A stretch of DNA of 64,000 nt from a virus, in the IMG/VR virus record IMGVR_UViG_3300045116_000678, positions 1 to 64,000 of that record; one strand, 5' to 3'. How positions within the stretch are numbered: position 1 is the first letter of the stretch; every line of letters starts with the position of its first letter. Shown piece after piece: positions 28,894 through 37,529 of this stretch. The notes under the pieces are model-generated. The model was not told where the DNA came from and searched no databases. It saw nothing but the letters and a program-made list of their open reading frames with translations. Made by a program: the position numbers and the translations under genes.

Positions 28894-29325
28894 TCAGACC
28901 GGGCCGAACTGGTCGATCAGGCCGATGACGCGCGAGCGCATGTTGTCCAGGCTGAGCGTCTTGGGCACCGTCTGGTCGTACTTCGTCTTCGCGAAGTCCT
29001 GCAGCGCGTCCTTGTCCATCAGCTGCACCTGGTCGCGCAGGTCTTGGAGCTTGGCTGCATTCGCCTCCTGCTCCTTGCGCTTCTGTTCGGCCTTGGCCAG
29101 CTTGTCCGCCGTATCGTCCTTGGTGGCGTCCGTCTTCGTCGGCTTCTTCGCGTCGGCGGGCGCCTGTTCGAAGACGTCCGTGTGACGGAGGAACTTGCGG
29201 CCGACCTCGGCGGGCACCTCTCGCACTTGGTCCGTGACGAAAGTGAGGCCAGTGCCGTAGTTGCGATCGGTGAACTCCGGCCGACGGCCGATGTACTTGA
29301 CGTGGACCGTGATGGCGTCAGGCAT
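28894..29325 (-). CDS. Hypothetical phage protein
   Basis: 143 aa with GAGGAG SD. Confidence 0.7.
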   Translation of the reverse strand: MPDAITVHVKYIGRRPEFTDRNYGTGLTFVTDQVREVPAEVGRKFLRHTDVFEQAPADAKKPTKTDATKDDTADKLAKAEQKRKEQEANAAKLQDLRDQVQLMDKDALQDFAKTKYDQTVPKTLSLDNMRSRVIGLIDQFGPV

Positions 29326-29347
29326 GTGGAACTCCTCGAGATGGGGG

Positions 29348-29374
29348 AAAGGAAAGGGGCCGAAGCCCCTTCCC
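29348..29374 (-). terminator. Terminator-like hairpin after the capsid genes
   Basis: AGGGGC-TTCG-GCCCCT followed by TTCCTTT on the minus strand. Confidence 0.55.
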
Positions 29375-29388
29375 TACTGGCGTCGCGC

Positions 29389-29862
29389 TCAGCGCGGGCC
29401 GGTGAGCTCGCCGTACACCAGCACCTTGATGTCGCTGGCCTTGGCGTTGGCGGCACCGGCGATGGTGAGGATCAGGCGGGCGGGCTTCGGCAGCGTCACC
29501 AGCTTCGAGCCGGCGGCGCGCACGCGGCCGGCGGCGTTGAGTGCGAGGCCGGCGCCGAAGTAGGCAGCGTCCTGGGGCACGCCTGCGTCATCCACGCCGT
29601 CCTCGTACTTGAAGCCGAGCGAGCCGGTGACGGCGGCGGTCATCGCAGTGGTGATGAGCGCCTGGGCGTCCTCCAGGCGCATGCCCTCGGGCAGGCCGCC
29701 CAGATCCACGACGTCGCCGATGGCGAGCGCAGCTGCGGAATCCGAGTTGTCGGCAGAGCCGCTGGCCAGCGTCTTCAGGCCGAAGGCGAGCGTCGACAGG
29801 TTGCCGTAGGGGTTCGGGCCGAACTGACGGCCGCGGAAGTGCTTGAGCTTGATGGTTGCCAT
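29389..29862 (-). CDS. Capsid decoration/cement-like protein
   Basis: 157 aa directly after the major capsid gene; GGAGG SD. Confidence 0.65.
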   Translation of the reverse strand: MATIKLKHFRGRQFGPNPYGNLSTLAFGLKTLASGSADNSDSAAALAIGDVVDLGGLPEGMRLEDAQALITTAMTAAVTGSLGFKYEDGVDDAGVPQDAAYFGAGLALNAAGRVRAAGSKLVTLPKPARLILTIAGAANAKASDIKVLVYGELTGPR

Positions 29863-29925
29863 GTTGGCCTCCAGGGAAGTGGGGGAGTCAGTGGGGCGGG
29901 CCGGCCGAAGCCAGCCCGCGGGCCA

Positions 29926-31221
29926 TCACTTGCGGGCGCCGATGATCGGGACCGCCGTGTCGATGACCGTCACGCCGTAGTCGGTGATTTCCTTGCCTTC
30001 GCCGGTGTCCACCTCGAAACGGATCTTCGAGACGCCGCGGATGGCGCCCAGCAGCAGTTCCACCTTGTCGCCGTGGTCCAGCTCCTTCTCGCTCCAGAAG
30101 AACGGGATGCCGCCACGGTCTTCGCCAGCGCTGGCCATCGCTTCCGCGACCGCCTGGCCGCCGAGCAGGATGGCCCGGTCGATGGCGAAGTTGGTGCCGA
30201 AGCCGGCGGGCACGACGCACGTGCTTTCGGCCTCGCTGTCGAACGCTGCGCAGTAGCGGATCGTGTCGCCAGCGTAGAACCGGATGGGGCGGTTCTGCTT
30301 GACGATCAGGATGCCGTTCCACAGACCCACGTCGCCGGTGAACAGCGGGTGGTTCTGCATGCGCGAGGCGCGGGCGAGCGCCGAGGCCTGGAACTGACGG
30401 AAGCTCGGGTCGGTGGCGAAGCCGCTGTACTGGGCGGGCGACACCAGCAGCACCCGCAGCGGGCTGTCGTCAGCGGCCGGATCGCCCTCGAACTTCACGA
30501 CGGGCGGCGGCAGCGCGATCTGCTCCATGTAGGTGCGGACGGCGTCGACCGTGTCCATCTTGAACAGGTCGGTGGTCTGCAGGTCCACCTCGCCGGCGTT
30601 CACCGTGAAGGGCTTGATGGCGCCGGCGTCGGCGATGAAGTGCCGGTTCTTGGTCGGCGCCTTCACGGGGTTCACCATGATCTCGGCGAAATCCGAATCG
30701 GCCTCGGTGGGCACGACCCACTCGATGTTGTTCTGGAAGCCACGGGCGCCGGCGGCATGGGCCAGCAGCGACTGGTCCACGTACTTGTCCATCAGGCCCT
30801 GCGCGACCGGGCGGCCGAGCGCGCGGAAGTCCGCCGGGCTGCGGATCTGCGTCATGACGTCGCCGAGGTCGACGGGGAAGCGCGCCTGGTTGACGCGCAG
30901 CTTGTCCTCGGACAGTTTCATGCCGACGCCACGGCCCTCGGCGACCTTGCTGCCCATGATCGGCTTGGCGCCGACCGGGTTCAGCAGGTGGAAGGTGACT
31001 TCGTCTCCGCGGTTCTTGCCGAGATCCTGGCAGCGCACGACGGGCATGTGCTGGGACGTCTGCTTGCGGATGGTGGCGACAGCGCCGGCCGTGCCCTTCG
31101 GCATGGCACCCGTAAGGCGGTTCCAGGTGGAGTTCCGCTGGTTGTGGGTGGCGAACAGGCCGACCGCCTGTTGCACCAAGGCCTTCGGATCGCCGTAGGC
31201 CATGTGGGTCTTCGTGGTCAC
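29926..31221 (-). CDS. Major capsid protein (N4-gp56/DUF4043 type)
   Basis: DLGKNRGDEVTFHL, HPLFTGDVGLWNGIL, DRAILLGGQA, DYGVTVIDTAV; strong AAGGAGG SD. Confidence 0.9.
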   Translation of the reverse strand: MTTKTHMAYGDPKALVQQAVGLFATHNQRNSTWNRLTGAMPKGTAGAVATIRKQTSQHMPVVRCQDLGKNRGDEVTFHLLNPVGAKPIMGSKVAEGRGVGMKLSEDKLRVNQARFPVDLGDVMTQIRSPADFRALGRPVAQGLMDKYVDQSLLAHAAGARGFQNNIEWVVPTEADSDFAEIMVNPVKAPTKNRHFIADAGAIKPFTVNAGEVDLQTTDLFKMDTVDAVRTYMEQIALPPPVVKFEGDPAADDSPLRVLLVSPAQYSGFATDPSFRQFQASALARASRMQNHPLFTGDVGLWNGILIVKQNRPIRFYAGDTIRYCAAFDSEAESTCVVPAGFGTNFAIDRAILLGGQAVAEAMASAGEDRGGIPFFWSEKELDHGDKVELLLGAIRGVSKIRFEVDTGEGKEITDYGVTVIDTAVPIIGARK

Positions 31222-31274
31222 TGTGGACCTCCTTCAGTGGGACAGGCGCCACCTCCCGGTGGTGCCGTTGGCAA

Positions 31275-32357
31275 TCAGAGTTGCCGGTTCAGGAAAGCCT
31301 CGATCTGCGCGGGCGTCATGGATGCCATCCGCTCCGACATATCGGGGCCGCTCAATCCAGCGAGCTGCTCGTCCGCACTGAGCCCGGAGGGTCGGCCGCC
31401 CGGAAGGTCCGAGAGGCTGACCGGCACCGGCGTCGGTGCGGCTTGAGCCGCCGCCTTGGCCTGGGCCTTCACGTCGCCAGCGGGCGCCGTGTCGGCCTGG
31501 GCCGGAGCTCGTCCAGAGGACGCTTTGAAGGTGTCGAAGAGCTCGATGACCGCACCGGTGTCACCACCGGTCAGTACGTCGCGGTAGCCCGGCTGCGCGA
31601 ACTTGGGTTGCTTGGCAATCCAGTCCTGCAGCTCCTTGCTCTCGAAGATGGAATCGGCATCCGGGTGCGCCTTGTAGATCGCTTGGTAGTGCGCCTGGGT
31701 GTCGTTGGCGGCCTGCGACTGCTGGAAGGGCTTGAGCGCCTCCCCGACCTTCGCGTTCACCACCTCTGCCACCCGTGCCGCGACCTGCGCGTCCACCAGT
31801 TGCTGGATGCCTCTGGCCATCGCCTCCTCGGAGAAGTCCCCGAAAATCGCCGGGTCGACACCCTTGTCGATGGCCGCTTGCGCAGCCGCGACTTGGTTGT
31901 CCACCGCGGTCGGCGCTTGTCCCGCGTCGACGCGCTGCTGGGCTTGGGCCCTGAGGCCTTCCAACTCCTTCAGCGCGGCGGCGTGGGCGCTTTCGGCCTG
32001 TTCGGCCTTCGCCTTCCATTGCTTCTCGCCGTCCCGCGCGGCCACCAGCTTCTCGTACGGGATGGTGTGGACACCATCCTTCGCCTGGATCACCGTCTTC
32101 GACGGATCCTTCGGCTCGTCCAAGTCACCATCGGCGGCTGCCGCGGGCTTGCTCTCTTCCTTCGTCTGGTCCTTGACGCCGTCGGGGTTGGCTTCGCCTG
32201 CAGCAGGGGTCGCGTCGGGCTTCGCGTCCAGTTCCGGCTTGGTGCCGGTATCGCCCTGTTCGGCCAGTTCGAGGAGCTGGGCCGCCTGTTGCGGGGTGAG
32301 CGTGCCGTGCTCGGCGTGCTGCTGAATGAACTCGTCTTGTGCTGCTGTGATCGTCAT
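31275..32357 (-). CDS. Capsid scaffolding protein
   Basis: Acidic, coiled coil, KDGVHTIPYEKL; immediately upstream of the major capsid gene. Confidence 0.8.
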   Translation of the reverse strand: MTITAAQDEFIQQHAEHGTLTPQQAAQLLELAEQGDTGTKPELDAKPDATPAAGEANPDGVKDQTKEESKPAAAADGDLDEPKDPSKTVIQAKDGVHTIPYEKLVAARDGEKQWKAKAEQAESAHAAALKELEGLRAQAQQRVDAGQAPTAVDNQVAAAQAAIDKGVDPAIFGDFSEEAMARGIQQLVDAQVAARVAEVVNAKVGEALKPFQQSQAANDTQAHYQAIYKAHPDADSIFESKELQDWIAKQPKFAQPGYRDVLTGGDTGAVIELFDTFKASSGRAPAQADTAPAGDVKAQAKAAAQAAPTPVPVSLSDLPGGRPSGLSADEQLAGLSGPDMSERMASMTPAQIEAFLNRQL

Positions 32358-32528
32358 GCCTGTCCCGCCACATGTCGCCGTGGCCGCAAGGGGCAGCATT
32401 TGGGTGGCAGGCACGGGCCGAAGCCCGCGCCCACAGCCCTCCAGCTATGGGAACCTCCTCTCGGAGGCTTTGCCGCACCATCACGGTGGGGCGCTTCGCC
32501 TTCGGCTTTCGCGTCTGGCTTGGGCTGC

Positions 32529-32569
32529 ACTTTGCCGGCACGCGGCGTGATCTGGAAACCCTACAGGGG
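32529..32569 (-). promoter_or_regulatory. Late promoter copy 5
   Basis: Motif 32556-32569; -10 CAAAGT 32529-32534. Confidence 0.75.
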
Positions 32570-32699
32570 GGCAGCTTTGACTGTGAGTCGCGCAAGCCAT
32601 CACGAACGCGCCAGCGGCCCGGCGGTTTAGCCTTTAGCACTTTCGCTTGACTCAGGAGACCAAAAAGAGGATTCTCACCGCGAGGACAAGGAGTAGAGT

Positions 32700-33806
32700 A
32701 TGAGAAGAACTTGGGTGCTTTTCTTACTGGCGTTTTCTAGCGTCTGGCTAGCCAGTTGCGGGTCGGACTATAAAAGGCCGCAACCTCCGCCCTTGGTCAA
32801 ATGCACTTCTGCAAAGGACTGCACTGACATACTTCCCATTGAGCAGAGTGTTTGCGGATGGAGCGCTGAATCCACGGTAGACACTGGCAAGTGGGGACGT
32901 GTTGGGGGGAGTCCGTCTTTGAACCAATGGCGACTCTACAACTTTGACGCACAGCGCGATGTTTCGGCGGTGGTCAAGGTTCACATCGAAACTCAATTGC
33001 CAGAAGCCCCCACCGAAAAATACATTCCGTATTTCCTCAAGGCGCGTCCCAAAGACGGCACTATCAAGGGGGGGCGTCCAGACTCAATCGACACAGCTGG
33101 ACCATACGCCTACCTCGGATGCGAGTGGGTTCGAAGAGTCGATAACACAATCATTCGGTACACGTACCAGGTAGTCAGCGCATGCTACGTGAACGACCCC
33201 AACTGCCCGGCACAACCGCCCTATGAAAAGCCCGAGCAACGGCCTCCGGTTGAGGATGAGCTGGCTAGATGCGAGGTCGCATGCTCCAGCGGAGATCCGA
33301 GAAAATGCCTCGCCTACGATTTAAGCGCTCCTATCGCGTCAACACCAGCACGGCGGATGAATCAGATTGCCGTCCAGTTGCGTGACAACCCGATTCCATT
33401 CGGCGTAGACATGTCTCCGCTACTGGATGCAATTGACAACGCTACCGGGGCAAGCTGCAGAGGTCGGCAACTTACGATAGGTGAACAGGGGGAGGCGGTT
33501 GCGTTTGGGCAAGCCTGCAGGTTTCAGTTAGCCACTCCTGCAAAGACGCCCCCGGATCTTCAGCTCCTCATGCTGGACGTTCCAAACGTCGTGTCTGGTC
33601 AATTCACGCGCGGAGCAACTGCGCCAGTGCTGCCCAAGATCCAGTGGAGCTCAGAGAATTCTCCGACCATTGACTACTATGCAAACGGATCCACTGGAGG
33701 CAAGACCGGCACCGAGTCGATAGCCGCAATCTACGTGGGAACATCAAGAATGCTGATCGCCGGAAAAGAGAAGTTCTGCGCCCGCGTCAACTACACCGGG
33801 GGCTGA
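32700..33806 (+). CDS. Cys-rich lipoprotein (moron)
   Basis: Signal peptide with LASC lipobox; AGGAG SD; lower GC; opposite strand to late genes. Confidence 0.8.
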   Translation: MRRTWVLFLLAFSSVWLASCGSDYKRPQPPPLVKCTSAKDCTDILPIEQSVCGWSAESTVDTGKWGRVGGSPSLNQWRLYNFDAQRDVSAVVKVHIETQLPEAPTEKYIPYFLKARPKDGTIKGGRPDSIDTAGPYAYLGCEWVRRVDNTIIRYTYQVVSACYVNDPNCPAQPPYEKPEQRPPVEDELARCEVACSSGDPRKCLAYDLSAPIASTPARRMNQIAVQLRDNPIPFGVDMSPLLDAIDNATGASCRGRQLTIGEQGEAVAFGQACRFQLATPAKTPPDLQLLMLDVPNVVSGQFTRGATAPVLPKIQWSSENSPTIDYYANGSTGGKTGTESIAAIYVGTSRMLIAGKEKFCARVNYTGG

Positions 33807-34269
33807 CCCTAGCGCGGCCCGCGCGCTCGAGGATCTGCCTACACAGCAGCAACGCCGCGGCGGCGGGCCATGACGGGTTCGTGGGTGCGATGGGAAACGG
33901 GTTGTGCTCCCGGATGGACGCCTCGATGGCGATCGCCAGCCAGTACGGCATGGGCATCGGTTGCGGCGCGGGGCCCCGCATGGCCTCGGCAGGTCCGCCC
34001 ACCTCCAGCGGCTTGAAGACCTGCACGTCACCCCACCTGCCGAGTTCGCAGGCGATGAGCAGCGCGCCCTGCGGCGTGGCCGGCAACTTGTCCACCACCT
34101 CGCAGTAGTCGGGCAGAGCACCACCCTCGGATTCAAGGTGTGCGGCCAGCCAGGGCGGCACCATGATCTTGATCGGTTCGACTTCGTTCATGCGCGCAAA
34201 GCACCAAGCCCTGTGGTCTGACATCCCCGGTAGCGGCCGGTCCCCTTGCGGGGTGGGATGCCAGAGCAC
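33787..34269 (-). CDS. Hypothetical protein under its own late promoter
   Basis: 160-aa ORF about 40 nt after the predicted TSS of copy 6; start uncertain. Confidence 0.6.
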   Translation of the reverse strand: MLWHPTPQGDRPLPGMSDHRAWCFARMNEVEPIKIMVPPWLAAHLESEGGALPDYCEVVDKLPATPQGALLIACELGRWGDVQVFKPLEVGGPAEAMRGPAPQPMPMPYWLAIAIEASIREHNPFPIAPTNPSWPAAAALLLCRQILERAGRARVSPRCS

Positions 34270-34315
34270 AGGGCTCTGTGGTTGATCGTCTTGGCCGCTA
34301 CCCGTCGATAGGCCA

Positions 34316-34356
34316 ATGGTCTTCCGGGGCGGCTGTGAAACCGAACCCTACAGGGG
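34316..34356 (-). promoter_or_regulatory. Late promoter copy 6
   Basis: Motif 34343-34356; -10 GACCAT 34316-34321. Confidence 0.75.
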
Positions 34357-34374
34357 TGCTGTCAGAATCCTCCG

Positions 34375-35187
34375 ATGCCCAAGAGAAACGCGAAGTTCTC
34401 CGTTCTACAGCCCGACCGCCTAAAGGAACTGGTGGAGGCAAATCAACGAGCGTTGAACAATCTCGCGGACGCACTTGAGAGGTTTTCTCCGGAACAACTG
34501 CCTTTCCTTGAGCCGGTGCGAGCCTCAGCAAATAGGGTTGCTCAGACGGCGCGTGAAGTCTCCGAGGCGTGGGATCAACTACCCAATGAGTACCGAGCCG
34601 CCTTGCTTGTTCTCGCGCACGAAGGGTGGTATTTCGACCTGGAAGCGATGGAGTTCGGAACGCCTCTTGAAATCGCAAACAGCTTTCAGTCCGGCGATAG
34701 AGAGACAGCCGAGACTCATCTTTGTGACCACTATCGCGATCGTCTAAATGAGATCGAACAGCAACTGACGAAGTGGTTTCCCTCGCGTTTGGCCATATTC
34801 AGAGATGCGTTTCGCGCCCATCGGCAGGGGCTCTATTTCGCGTCAATCCCTCTGTTGCTGTCGCAGATCGACGGCGTGTGCCATGACCTCTCAGACTATT
34901 ACTTCTTCACGAAGCCACGCGGTGAAAGACGGACTGGCGTGTCGCCATTCATCGAGCAGAAAGGTCTAAGCGAAATCAACTTGGCGTTGCTTGCGCCGTT
35001 GATGGCTGAGCACAGCATCCTCCTAGGTGAAAACCGACGCCCAGCAAATTTCTCCCAGTTGAATAGACATCAGGTATTGCATGGGGAGTCGCTGGACTAT
35101 GGAAGCGAGCTCAACAGCTTGCGCTCCATCTCGCTCCTTCACTATCTGGCGTCCTGCTTGCACTACTTCGTCCTTCGCAAGAATTAG
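34375..35187 (+). CDS. HEPN-like domain protein (moron; candidate Abi RNase)
   Basis: YFASIPLLLSQIDG and NRHQVLHG (R-x4-H) motifs; lower GC; opposite strand. Confidence 0.65.
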   Translation: MPKRNAKFSVLQPDRLKELVEANQRALNNLADALERFSPEQLPFLEPVRASANRVAQTAREVSEAWDQLPNEYRAALLVLAHEGWYFDLEAMEFGTPLEIANSFQSGDRETAETHLCDHYRDRLNEIEQQLTKWFPSRLAIFRDAFRAHRQGLYFASIPLLLSQIDGVCHDLSDYYFFTKPRGERRTGVSPFIEQKGLSEINLALLAPLMAEHSILLGENRRPANFSQLNRHQVLHGESLDYGSELNSLRSISLLHYLASCLHYFVLRKN

Positions 35188-35202
35188 GCTTGCACGTTCC
35201 GA

Positions 35203-37521
35203 TCAGGCGGCTTCCAGGTTGTCCGAGGTCCGCGCCGTCTCGATGCCCTGCCCTCCGTCGCCTGGCTCAGCTGCGCGCGGTGGGAATGTCGGACTGGTGT
35301 TCTCGCGCACGGGCGGCGCCGCAGCTGCCTCTTCCTGGGCGCCGGGCGCCGGCAGCATGGCCGGGCCCTGGCCCTGGATGTAGGGCGACTTGATGTTCAT
35401 CGCCGCGGTCTGGGCAGGCACCGGGAAGTTCGGATCGTCGCCGCCGGGGTTGGGCCGCTGGTAGCCGGCGCCCTGCATGATGGCGTCGGCGATCGGCGCG
35501 ATCATGGGCATCTGGGCAACCTGAGCGCCGCCCTGCATCGCGGCGAAGGCCGCCTGCACGCCCACCTGCACCGCATCGGCCATCAGCTTGCGGATCTCGG
35601 CGTCGGTCTTCCGCTCCTTCATGTCGAGCTCGCGGGCCTTCAGGTCGTTGCCGGCCTTCACGAGTGCCTGCTGCACGGCTTCCTGGATGCGTCGCTCCAC
35701 CTGCTCCGGCGTCTCTTGCGACCCGGCTGCCCGGATGGCCTCCACAACCTCGCGCTTGAACGGCACGTCCATGAGGCTGACCATGAACGGCATGACGGCG
35801 GCCTGGTACTGCTGCGGCAGGGACTTGACCGCCTCCGACATCGCGTTGAGCTGCTGGCCGCGGTAGCTGTTGGTGCTGGGCACGTCCTCGAGGGCCACCT
35901 TCAGGCGCGTGCGCTGGAGGTCGTTCGACAGGTAGGTCTGCCCGGTGACAGGATCCTGCTCGGGGCGGTTGATGACAACGGTGCGATCCTTGCGCACCGC
36001 GTCGCCCTCGATCACGACCACGGTCTGCTGGCTGCCGAGGTCTTCGACGATCATCGAGAGGAGCATTTCGCCAACCAGCGTACGGCCGGCGCGGAAGTTG
36101 TCCATGATGCGGCCGAGCGACTGGTTCGATTGCTCGACCTGGGTCTGCTCCTGGAGTCCAGATCGCGCGGTGCCCTTCTGCCCCATGAAGCCGGCCGTGA
36201 CCGTGCTGACGCGCTGGATCGCGCCGCGGCTGTCCTCCAGCATCTTGTAGTGCTGCTCGGTCAGGGTGTAGTCGCGCTTCACTTCGAACCGCGCGCCTGG
36301 CTGCGCCATGTGCTGGGCATTGAGCACGACGTCGGCGTCGACGCGCGCGACCATGCGGCGGAACTGTGCGTCGGTCATATCCACCGCGCCCTTGGTGCGC
36401 TCGGTGCGCACTGCGGCCATACCCCAGCGCAGCTTGGCGATGCCGCTGTTCAGGCTGTCCTGCGGGAAGATCATGTCCCGCACGTAGCCGTACGGCACAC
36501 GGGTCTCGTCCTCAGCGAAGCCGAAGAATGGGGCGTAGGGGAAGAAGCGATGGGTGTATGGGCTCGGCCCGTCGTGCAGGCAGTGAGGGCCAAGCCAGTA
36601 GCTGCGCCGCACGCGAGCCACAATCGCCCTTTGAGCCCGCACCAGCCCGCGCGCCAGGCTGATGTTGTGGGCAGGGTTGTCCTCGTCGTACTCCACGACA
36701 CGGCCGTCCGGGGCGAAGAGGACGACGGCGTCCACCCAGCGGCGGTACCACAGCTCCGCCAGGCAGATCTCTCGGCTGGTCGGGTTGTACCAGCGGTCCT
36801 CGCTGATCGTCCATGCACGTGCCTGATCCCAAGCGTTGCGCAGCCCGGTCGATGCGCCGCCATCGAGAAAGCCTTGGGAGTAGAGGCTCCACCAGCCGCT
36901 GCCGTCCTTGCCCACTACGTCGATGAGTTCCGCATGCTCGGGGAATGAGCGCTTGAGGCGATCCGGCTGGAGCCACCGGGCCCGGCGGAGCCAGCGCCAT
37001 TCCTCGGGGTCATCCGACTTCATGTCCCAGTGGATCTCGTTGCGGTGCACGGCGCGGCACCGATACGGATACTTGAACGGGTCGCTCTGCCGCGACACCT
37101 CCACCCAGCCGATGCCCACGCCGATCTGGGGGCGGAAGGCGTCGCTGCAGGCGCGATCGGCCTTGGATTCGCGCTCGGCCTGGTTCAGCTTGTAGTTCAG
37201 CGCGTCAGCGACCTCTTGGCCGCCGGGCTCTCCGTTCGGGGTGACGCGCCAGTCGGTGCGGATCGTGGCCTCGTAGCCCTGGATGCTGAGCAGCGCCGGG
37301 CCCACCAGGTTCTCGACTGCCGGCGGGATGCCCAGCTGCTGCTGGCGGCGCAGCAGCTCGCTGTCCAGCTGGTTGCCGTCGGCGTAGTCCATCTCCTTGT
37401 CGGCGGTACCGCGCCACGGCGGCTGCATCTCGACCTCGTGCATGAACTCGGTGTATTCCGTCAGCGTCAGCGCCAACGGATCGGCGCCGGGCGCCGCAGG
37501 AGGGGTGGTGTGTTGCAGCAT
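35203..37521 (-). CDS. Portal protein
   Basis: ATG 37521 with GAGGA SD; DYADGNQLD, GVGIGWVEV, PYGYVRDMIFPQD; follows TerL. Confidence 0.9.
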   Translation of the reverse strand: MLQHTTPPAAPGADPLALTLTEYTEFMHEVEMQPPWRGTADKEMDYADGNQLDSELLRRQQQLGIPPAVENLVGPALLSIQGYEATIRTDWRVTPNGEPGGQEVADALNYKLNQAERESKADRACSDAFRPQIGVGIGWVEVSRQSDPFKYPYRCRAVHRNEIHWDMKSDDPEEWRWLRRARWLQPDRLKRSFPEHAELIDVVGKDGSGWWSLYSQGFLDGGASTGLRNAWDQARAWTISEDRWYNPTSREICLAELWYRRWVDAVVLFAPDGRVVEYDEDNPAHNISLARGLVRAQRAIVARVRRSYWLGPHCLHDGPSPYTHRFFPYAPFFGFAEDETRVPYGYVRDMIFPQDSLNSGIAKLRWGMAAVRTERTKGAVDMTDAQFRRMVARVDADVVLNAQHMAQPGARFEVKRDYTLTEQHYKMLEDSRGAIQRVSTVTAGFMGQKGTARSGLQEQTQVEQSNQSLGRIMDNFRAGRTLVGEMLLSMIVEDLGSQQTVVVIEGDAVRKDRTVVINRPEQDPVTGQTYLSNDLQRTRLKVALEDVPSTNSYRGQQLNAMSEAVKSLPQQYQAAVMPFMVSLMDVPFKREVVEAIRAAGSQETPEQVERRIQEAVQQALVKAGNDLKARELDMKERKTDAEIRKLMADAVQVGVQAAFAAMQGGAQVAQMPMIAPIADAIMQGAGYQRPNPGGDDPNFPVPAQTAAMNIKSPYIQGQGPAMLPAPGAQEEAAAAPPVRENTSPTFPPRAAEPGDGGQGIETARTSDNLEAA

Positions 37522-37529
37522 GTTCGTCC

